Part shown: piece by piece, positions 57,479 through 64,000 of the stretch
How the letters are laid out: each line of letters begins with the position of its first letter
Numbering within the stretch: the stretch's first letter is position 1
Origin: Candidatus Bathyarchaeota archaeon
GTDB lineage: Archaea > Thermoproteota > Bathyarchaeia > Bathyarchaeales > Bathycorpusculaceae
NCBI GenBank assembly: GCA_963832745.1
Contig: CAWHVC010000004.1
Span: 192,001 to 256,000 of the forward strand
Direction of reading: 5' to 3'
Length of the DNA stretch: 64,000 bases
Notes under the pieces: generated by a model
Seen by the model: only the letters and a program-made list of their open reading frames with translations
Databases searched by the model: none
Told to the model about the DNA's origin: nothing
Program-made: the position numbers and the translations under genes

Positions 57479-57625
57479 TTAGGCTGCTTGTGCTTTTGCT
57501 CTTTCTAATTTTTGCAACATCTTCTTTGTTGTTGGTTTGGGCTTAGATTTTACGCGGTATACGGTGCCGTGAGTGTTTTTGTAAAGTTTGTGTCCTTTTG
57601 CTTTTAATTGTGCTTTTCTTGGCAT
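57479..57625 (-). CDS. Small very basic protein (48 aa)
   Basis: MPRKAQLKAKGHKLYKNTHGTVYRVKSKPKPTTKKMLQKLERAKAQAA; GAGGTGA SD upstream of ATG. Confidence 0.65.
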   Translation of the reverse strand: MPRKAQLKAKGHKLYKNTHGTVYRVKSKPKPTTKKMLQKLERAKAQAA

Positions 57626-57829
57626 TATATCACCTCTAAATTGACGTAGACAATATTGCGTCACTTTATATGGCTACATGCCTAATTGCCTATTTGAATA
57701 TGCATGTAAAAACGTGAGAATTGATCATTACTAAAGTGTTGTAAAAATTTTTGTTTATAAGTACGGGTTGAGTATTTTATTAGGACTTGTAAGAGGAGCT
57801 TTTTGCAGGGACAACTGGAGAAAGATGTC

Positions 57830-57964
57830 ATGTTTAATTCCAAGAAATTGTTTGAAGTAACCTATAAATGTAGAGTGTGCTCTGCTCGTTTTAATAATCC
57901 TGACGAATTGAGAATTCACAGCATGGTCAGTCATAAAGGGCATATGCTTGTAATTAAACGCTAA
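57830..57964 (+). CDS. Single C2H2 zinc-finger microprotein (44 aa, absent from the ORF track)
   Basis: MFNSKKLFEVTYKCRVCSARFNNPDELRIHSMVSHKGHMLVIKR fits Y-x-C-x2-C-x3-F-x5-L-x2-H-x4-H; GGAG SD; T8 run after the stop. Confidence 0.75.
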   Translation: MFNSKKLFEVTYKCRVCSARFNNPDELRIHSMVSHKGHMLVIKR

Positions 57965-58593
57965 TTTTTTTGGTTTTGCTTTTTCGAGATTTAATTTAAT
58001 TCCCTTTTTAGTTATTCGACAAAAACTGAAAAAAAGATTTGCAAAAAGAACAAACAAAAAATTGAGCAAAAACGCTTCTATGCTGATGTTGTTGCTGTCT
58101 TCTTTTTGACGTTATCAGTAAAGACCTTTTTTGTAGGTTTCTTCCTGTAGGTGCAATTAAGCCGAATTGATGATTTACATCTGCGGCAATTTTTTACTAA
58201 ACCTGCTCGTAGCATACACAAATTTGTTTACCTCTTGATTTTTTTGAAAAGAATCAGTTATACGGTTAAGCTCAATTTCCTCAAGGGGATAAGAGAAACT
58301 CTTCAGCTTTATGTTTATGTCTTGCTCCCTAATAAAGACGGCAATTCAAGTTTTTTTGAAAATTAAAAAAATTTTGGCTTTTTTGGGTAAAAAGAGTTGG
58401 TATTAAAAATTATTTTCGAAATTTAAGCCTAAAAAAAGGTGTTTTTTTATAGTCACGCTAATATACTCGGGAAAGCCATTATTGTATACTTAGGATTCTT
58501 TAGAGAAAGAGTTATCTCTCTGCTAAATGGTTTGCTTACTTTTTCTCCGATTTATTCTATAAAAGTTGGCAAAAAGCCAAATAGGTTATCTGG

Positions 58594-58899
58594 ATGGGTA
58601 GAAAAAAAATAACTAATGAAGGCAGTCTCGATAATATGGTGCTTCCTTCAGCAAATGATGTTTTAGGCGTTGCAGTAAAAATGCTGGGTGCCGATAGAGT
58701 CACAGTTAAATGTCAAGACGGAAAAGAACGCTTATGCCGAGTTAGAGGCAAACTGAAAAAGCGTGTTTGGATTCGTGAGGGTGACATAGTTCTTGTTTCA
58801 CCTTGGGATTTCCAGCAAGAAACACGCGGAGACATTTTCTGGCGATACAGGAAAAACCAGTCTGATTGGTTAAGAAATCACAATTATCTTACAATGTAA
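58594..58899 (+). CDS. eif1a: Translation initiation factor aIF-1A
   Basis: KMLGADR..C.DGKERLCRVRGKLKKRVWIREGDIVLVSPWDFQ..RGDIFWRY. Confidence 0.95.
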   Translation: MGRKKITNEGSLDNMVLPSANDVLGVAVKMLGADRVTVKCQDGKERLCRVRGKLKKRVWIREGDIVLVSPWDFQQETRGDIFWRYRKNQSDWLRNHNYLTM

Positions 58900-58910
58900 G
58901 GTTTTGACTT

Positions 58911-59075
58911 ATGATTTTGAAATGTACTGAATGTGGGAACACCTTTTCGCGGGAAGTAAAAGACGGCGAGATTGTTTCTTGCCCCATTTGTGAAGCTGCG
59001 TTTAAGGCTACAATTAAAGATGGAAAGGTTCGCTTAGAAGACTTTATTGACGAAGAAGATTTAGGCGAACTCTAA
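58911..59075 (+). CDS. LysW-like zinc-ribbon protein (54 aa, absent from the ORF track)
   Basis: MILKCTECGNTFSREVKDGEIVSCPICEAAFKATIKDGKVRLEDFIDEEDLGEL; CxxC..GEIVxCPxC plus acidic tail. Confidence 0.7.
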   Translation: MILKCTECGNTFSREVKDGEIVSCPICEAAFKATIKDGKVRLEDFIDEEDLGEL

Positions 59076-59095
59076 ATTAGAAACAGGTAATTATT

Positions 59096-59503
59096 TTGGA
59101 TTGCAAATTAAAAATAATGAAAGTAGAACCAAACAAGGATAGTTTTCAAAGTAATTACCGTTTCGCAGTAGTCGATTTTAGCCGATCCGAGAGTTACCCT
59201 TCAAACTTTGTTTGTATGTTACCTGTAAAAATTGCTAAAGGAAAGAAAACTAACATTTTTGAACAAGTTTTTGGGGATGACAGTTTAGTTAAAGCCAAAC
59301 TGCTTTTAAACGATTCTTTAAAGCATGAGCCTGATTTAGCTGTTAAAGCTGAAATAAATAGGCGGCTAGTTTTGCTTGAGCCTAAACTGGTACGTCTTGT
59401 TAGGTGTAGTGGATGTGGTAAACAGTTTAAGCCTAAAGGGTTGCGTAGGTTTAAACGGCATTTCTGTTCAGAGTGTCTGCGTAAAAGATTCGCTTCAAAA
59501 TAG
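59096..59503 (+). CDS. Hypothetical protein with C-terminal C4 zinc finger
   Basis: CSGCGKQF..FCSECLRKR; follows the LysW-like ORF. Confidence 0.7.
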   Translation: MDCKLKIMKVEPNKDSFQSNYRFAVVDFSRSESYPSNFVCMLPVKIAKGKKTNIFEQVFGDDSLVKAKLLLNDSLKHEPDLAVKAEINRRLVLLEPKLVRLVRCSGCGKQFKPKGLRRFKRHFCSECLRKRFASK

Positions 59504-59578
59504 TATGCTTTTTCGCAATATCTTCTAAAGCTTCATAGAGTAGCATTAACTAAACTAAGTGATTGAATTGGTGGTGTT

Positions 59579-59949
59579 GTGAGTTCTAACGCAACTTTAG
59601 GTCTGTTACTGAATATGTTGCCTCTCAACCCGTAACTGTGCAGCCACTTTTGCAGCAGATTCGACAAGCAATCAAAGAAGCCGCACCTGACGCTCAAGAA
59701 GTAATCAGTTACCAAATGCCTGCCTTTAAGCAAGGTGAAGTATTGGTTTGGTATGCAGCTTTCAAAAACCACATCGGCTTTTACCCTAAAACTTCAGTAA
59801 TGGAGCAATTCAAAGACAAATTAGTGCCGTACAAGACAAGCAAGGGCACAATCCAGTTTCCTTATGATAAGCCTCTTCCACTGGGGTTAATTAAAGAAAT
59901 AGTTCAGTTTAGGCTAAAAGAAACTTCTCGGAAAGACTGGCCCGCTTAG
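59579..59949 (+). pseudogene. DUF1801/YdhG-like protein with a -1 frameshift near 59588 (pseudogene or sequencing error)
   Basis: Body ..SVTEYVASQP..IRQAIKEAAPDAQEVISYQMPAF..HIGFYP..SKGTIQFP; adding one A in TCTAACGC joins it to GTG 59579 (MSSKRNF). Confidence 0.65.
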
Positions 59950-60062
59950 AGTCTACTAAATTTTCCTGAGCAAAAATGTGGCTGACGTTTCGCAGTCACA
60001 TATTGTTAAGTAAGTACAGCAGAATTTTTTATTTGCTTTAGATCTTGATGGAGGTGAATTTT

Positions 60063-60494
60063 ATGCCTGATATTATTGATGCTGTCGTAGCCGAGGGTTC
60101 GTTCAAAACTCTTGTTGCAGCAATAAAAGCGGCAGGACTAGTCGATACCCTAAAAAATGGTGGTCCATTCACGGTTTTTGCGCCAAACGACGCTGCTTTT
60201 GCGCGTCTACCCCTTGGAACCGTTGATAATCTGCTTAAGGATATTCAACGTTTAAAGTTGATTTTATCCTATCATTTAGTTGCAGGCAAAATAATGTCTG
60301 ATGACATTCTAAGAATGAATAATGCAATAACCGTTGAAGGTGACGCTTTAAATTTTGATTCTTCCTTGTGGGAAATGCGTCGGAACCTCAGGGTTGACAC
60401 GGCAGAAATCATTAAGCTAGATATTGCCGCTGACAACGGAGTTATTCACGTTATTGACCGAGTTTTGATGCCGCCGATTGAAATGACCCATTAA
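60063..60494 (+). CDS. Fasciclin (FAS1) domain protein
   Basis: FKTLVAAI.AAGL, GPFTVFAPNDAAF, ILSYH, NGVIHVIDRVL. Confidence 0.92.
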   Translation: MPDIIDAVVAEGSFKTLVAAIKAAGLVDTLKNGGPFTVFAPNDAAFARLPLGTVDNLLKDIQRLKLILSYHLVAGKIMSDDILRMNNAITVEGDALNFDSSLWEMRRNLRVDTAEIIKLDIAADNGVIHVIDRVLMPPIEMTH

Positions 60495-60651
60495 GTAAAT
60501 TTCCATTTTTCCTTATTTTTGGAATTAGTTTTTTATTATTTTTTCGAACTCGCATGTTTGCTTTGCTTCTTATTTTCAGGTGAAAAACGTGAAGGTTATC
60601 AGAAATCCTTAAAATCATTTGTTATCATGTAATTGAGAAAGTGAAGGCTTT

Positions 60652-60882
60652 ATGGCTGAATCAATCAAAAAAAGAGTACAAGAAGCACTTGACCAGATTA
60701 GGCCACAAATACAAGGTGACGGCGGAGACGTGGAACTAGTAGCAGTCGAAGGCAATATTGTGAAGGTTCGACTTGTCGGTCACTGTGTAGGTTGTCCTAT
60801 GGCTCAATTGACGCTTAAGAATGGTATTGAAGCTTACGTTAAAGAGCGCGTGCCAGAAATCGAAGCAGTTGAATCAGTATAA
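60652..60882 (+). CDS. NifU C-terminal/Nfu Fe-S carrier domain protein
   Basis: IRPQIQGDGGDVELV..GHCVGCP. Confidence 0.92.
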   Translation: MAESIKKRVQEALDQIRPQIQGDGGDVELVAVEGNIVKVRLVGHCVGCPMAQLTLKNGIEAYVKERVPEIEAVESV

Positions 60883-61049
60883 ATTAATCTGACTCAGCTT
60901 CATGCGCTTTTCTTAAGCATTTTTAGTCTGTTTTTCATTTTTTATCCTAATTCGGCTGGTTTATGTGTGTTTAATTTGGCTAAAAATCTTTAAGCGTTCA
61001 CTTCTTATACTTGTGTTCTAAACTGAATTGGATAGTGGATATTCAACCC

Positions 61050-62489
61050 ATGTCAAATTCGACCTCGAAATATTTCCGCTTAAAGCTTTGGCAACGTGAA
61101 TCCGGCGCACTTTGGCTACCATTTGAGCATGAAAGAATCAGAGAATTCTCAAACATAAAAGTCAACGAGCAAGTCACCGTAAGCGGATACGTAAAATGGG
61201 TTGACAGCGCCGTGTTTGCCTTGGTGCCCACTCCTTTTTCAAACCAGACTTTCCTGTCCTGTATTAATTATTCGAAATCTTGCCCAGCAGAAAACGAGTA
61301 TGTAACTGTCTCGGGGCATTCCAAACTAGCTAATTATAGACCATTATCATCTCGTTCACGCCGTTTCAACGGTGACTTAATCATTGAAGTATACAATTGG
61401 GTAAACGACAAACCAGCTATGGAACTGCCCCAACTCAATTTTGACTACAAAAATTTCCGTCAAGGCTTAACCTCCCGTATAGAAGGCTTAGAACCGCAAA
61501 TCTGCGATTTCATTGCTTTTTCCGCCATAAGCTCACCAGCTTTTCTTGATAGTTTGGGCGGATTAAACATGACAATGTACGACTCTACAAAGGCAAATTT
61601 GCCAGCTAAAGTCGTACGCGAACTCAAGGCAATTATTCCCCAGGACATGGGTAGCATGCAACGTGTTGAAACCCCTTATGGCAGGTTCCAGTTGCGTTAC
61701 AAGTACGCTTTTATTTCCCAAGACGCCGATAAACCCCTATCCGCGAAGACTGCAGATTTGCTTAGTCACAAAAACTCTAGACTACCCCCAGACACTGAAC
61801 TGTCTATGTCACTTTTTAGCAAGAATAGCCAACCCGTTTCCATAGAGGACCCCTCATGCAGCCTCAGCGACGTTCCAACTGTTCTTCCCGAGGACACCAG
61901 CGTTAACCGTTCAAGACCTGTAATTGACCAGTTCGACGCCCTCAAATTCATGATGGTTAACCACATGAAAACCCCTGTGATCAACGATTTGCAGTCTTCA
62001 CAGGAACAGATTGTTGATGGCTTAGAAAAACTGGTCGATAGCTACGGTCTCGACCCAGCGCATCTGAGCAAGTATGGGTTTTTAAGCGCCAGTTACAACG
62101 CCAAACCGCAATCGGTGCTGAGGGAATCCCTTGCGTATGCTCGGGCAAACGACGTCCATGTTGCGGGTCCAGATTTGACTGGAAAAGTGTTTAAGGATTT
62201 TTTTGAATGGAACTTCAAATACGTTTACGAAATCTGGGAAGACCTGCTTGCCACAAAAATAACTACCCAGAAAAACCTTGCTTCACTCAACATCAAGTAC
62301 AGAGATATTATTCGTATCATCAGAAAATATCATTCAACCCATGAGCCGGGAGCCAAAAAAATCTGTATCTTAAAAGAAGCAAAAACTCCACCTCACGAAA
62401 CTGAAAACCTGCTTAAAGAGTGCTTAAACGAGGGCATCATTTATGAGCCAATGTTTGAAGTCTACCGTTTAACAAGAGAACTCGCCTAA
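61050..62489 (+). CDS. Hypothetical protein; degenerate MCM-like architecture (OB fold, inactive AAA+, winged helix)
   Basis: OB-like VTVSGYV/VTVSGH strands; SRIEGLE..IAFS, GGLNMTMYD, QSVLRESLAYAR, LNEGIIYEP resemble MCM segments. Confidence 0.55.
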   Translation: MSNSTSKYFRLKLWQRESGALWLPFEHERIREFSNIKVNEQVTVSGYVKWVDSAVFALVPTPFSNQTFLSCINYSKSCPAENEYVTVSGHSKLANYRPLSSRSRRFNGDLIIEVYNWVNDKPAMELPQLNFDYKNFRQGLTSRIEGLEPQICDFIAFSAISSPAFLDSLGGLNMTMYDSTKANLPAKVVRELKAIIPQDMGSMQRVETPYGRFQLRYKYAFISQDADKPLSAKTADLLSHKNSRLPPDTELSMSLFSKNSQPVSIEDPSCSLSDVPTVLPEDTSVNRSRPVIDQFDALKFMMVNHMKTPVINDLQSSQEQIVDGLEKLVDSYGLDPAHLSKYGFLSASYNAKPQSVLRESLAYARANDVHVAGPDLTGKVFKDFFEWNFKYVYEIWEDLLATKITTQKNLASLNIKYRDIIRIIRKYHSTHEPGAKKICILKEAKTPPHETENLLKECLNEGIIYEPMFEVYRLTRELA

Positions 62490-62556
62490 ATAGTACACAA
62501 AAAACCAAACAACGCCGCCGAAGTCTTATATAGCGCCCAAGAATAGGGCAGACGAT

Positions 62557-63543
62557 ATGAATACTGATTACGTTATTGAAACAAAACAGTTGAGAAAAAC
62601 ATTTGTTTCAAAAGAACACGGCGAAAAAAAGACACTTGAAGCCGTAAAAGGCGTAGATTTAACAGTTAAAAGAGGTCAAATTTTTGGTTTTCTTGGTCCA
62701 AACGGCGCTGGAAAATCAACTACACAAAAAATGCTTTCCACACTTATGCGTCCAAGTAGTGGTGAAGCAAAAGTTTTGGGTTACGATTTAGTTGAGCAGC
62801 AAGAACAGATTCGGCAAAACGTCGGTTTTGTAAGTCAAGCTGGCGGCGCTGATTTAGCTTCTACTGGAACAGAGAACCTGATTTTACAAGCCCAACTCTT
62901 CGGTATTGACGAAGTAACTGCTAAAAAATCTGCAGAAGAATTTTCACAACGATTCCAAATGACCAGCTATGTAAGTCGTCCAGCATCGACTTATTCGGGT
63001 GGTCAGAAAAGACGTTTAGACATCGCTCTTGGCATGATTCATCATCCAAAGCTACTATTGCTTGATGAACCAACTACGGGTCTTGACCCTCAAAGCCGAG
63101 CGTACCTATGGATAGAAATCCAGAAGCTCAAAACCGATGGCATCACCATATTCTTAACTACACAGTACATGGATGAAGCCGATAAGCTCTGTGATTCAAT
63201 CGCAATTATTGACCACGGCCAAATCATAGTAATTGGTACACCTGACGAGTTAAAAAGTTCCGTAGGCGGCGACACAATCGTTTTTAGTTTTGATTCTTCT
63301 GGGGTTGCATGTAAAGCTGAAGCGTTGCTTAATGAGCATGTTAAATTTGAGAGGCTTCAAGTCACTGAAAATTCAGTTTATCTCACAATTAAGGATGGCG
63401 AGCGCACCCTGCCCGATTTACTGCGTTTGCTTGACGGTTCCGGTTTGCAGGTACAGGGTGTAACGCTTTCTCGGCCAAGTTTGGATGATGTTTTCCTAAA
63501 ATATACTGGTCGCTCACTTCGAGAGGATGGTAAAAAACAATGA
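62557..63543 (+). CDS. ABC exporter ATP-binding subunit, DrrA-like
   Basis: GPNGAGKST, YSGGQKRRL, LLLDEPTTGLDP, C-terminal SLDDVFL..TG. Confidence 0.93.
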   Translation: MNTDYVIETKQLRKTFVSKEHGEKKTLEAVKGVDLTVKRGQIFGFLGPNGAGKSTTQKMLSTLMRPSSGEAKVLGYDLVEQQEQIRQNVGFVSQAGGADLASTGTENLILQAQLFGIDEVTAKKSAEEFSQRFQMTSYVSRPASTYSGGQKRRLDIALGMIHHPKLLLLDEPTTGLDPQSRAYLWIEIQKLKTDGITIFLTTQYMDEADKLCDSIAIIDHGQIIVIGTPDELKSSVGGDTIVFSFDSSGVACKAEALLNEHVKFERLQVTENSVYLTIKDGERTLPDLLRLLDGSGLQVQGVTLSRPSLDDVFLKYTGRSLREDGKKQ

Positions 63544-64000
63544 AGCTACTGCGCGATATCCGTTTAATGTTCATCAATAACATGCAGCACACTCTTAAGA
63601 GTCCAATATTTGTTTTTGTTAGCCTGTTCCAGCCGTTAATGTACCTTATTTTGTATATGCCATTACTAATGAATGGTTTAGGTAGCATGCCTGGATTCAC
63701 TGGCGTTAATCCTGCAAACGTTTTCATTCCTGGGCTTCTGGTGATGCAAGCCATTTTTGGATGCGCTTTTGTAGGCTTTCCCCTTATTGACGATATTCGT
63801 TCAGGTGTTATCCAACGTTACTTGGTTACTCCTGTGAGTCGCTCGGCGATTCTGCTTGGGAAGGTCTTGCGTGATGTCGTTGTATTACTTGCTCAGTGTT
63901 TGCTGATAACGTTGGCTGCTCTTCCATTTGGTTTAACCGTAAACATTCCAGGTCTTGCTTTGTCTCTGCTAATGTATGCTTTGATAGGTATCACTATGTC
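63540..64000 (+). CDS. ABC-2 type permease, 3'-truncated by the window edge
   Basis: ATG overlaps the ATPase stop; MKLLRDIRLMF..SLFQPLMYL..FIPGLL..RYLVTPVSRSAILLGK. Confidence 0.88.
   Translation, partial: MKLLRDIRLMFINNMQHTLKSPIFVFVSLFQPLMYLILYMPLLMNGLGSMPGFTGVNPANVFIPGLLVMQAIFGCAFVGFPLIDDIRSGVIQRYLVTPVSRSAILLGKVLRDVVVLLAQCLLITLAALPFGLTVNIPGLALSLLMYALIGITM

Noticed and set aside
57755-58366. ORFs 57755-58069(-) and 58151-58366(+)
   Set aside because: Composition reflects AT-rich DNA; the first is antisense to the better-supported C2H2 ORF.
205-63754. Numerous 60-180 aa ORFs overlapping or antisense to assigned genes
   Set aside because: Shadow ORFs without motifs, overlapping well-supported CDS.
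1-64000. CRISPR arrays, rRNA, IS elements, inteins, in-frame Sec/Pyl recoding
   Set aside because: I saw no repeat-spacer periodicity, rRNA signature, transposase, intein terminus or read-through candidate by eye; not computationally excluded.

Overview
Gene-dense archaeal chromosomal segment. Archaeal markers include aIF-1A, an aRF1-like protein, Dph6, HdrBC, IorAB, TATA-box promoters and oligo-T terminators. The secreted PQQ-type beta-propeller and NosD-type proteins with C-terminal anchors suggest Bathyarchaeia (inference). It carries about 70 CDS and one tRNA-Cys(GCA). I saw no rRNA, CRISPR array, transposase or integrase. Highlights: (1) a cbb3-type (C-family) oxygen reductase locus with ccmF, DUF420, ccoN, a trihaem ccoO/P fusion, an unannotated ccoS and a stand-alone CcoP N-terminal module; (2) a bacterial-style RsbU/RsbW/RsbV partner-switching module in a sigma-less organism; (3) several repurposed information-processing paralogs: a CysRS-like ligase with altered Zn ligands and no anticodon domain, an aRF1 paralog without NIKS, a degenerate MCM-like pseudo-ATPase, and a LysW-like protein behind aIF-1A; (4) Dph6 translationally coupled to a glutamine amidotransferase; (5) IorA with an inserted 4x[4Fe-4S] domain; (6) a candidate structured ncRNA and paired DtxR-type operators. 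Four single-base indels in short homopolymers may be assembly errors. All calls come from reading motifs by eye; no database searches were run.
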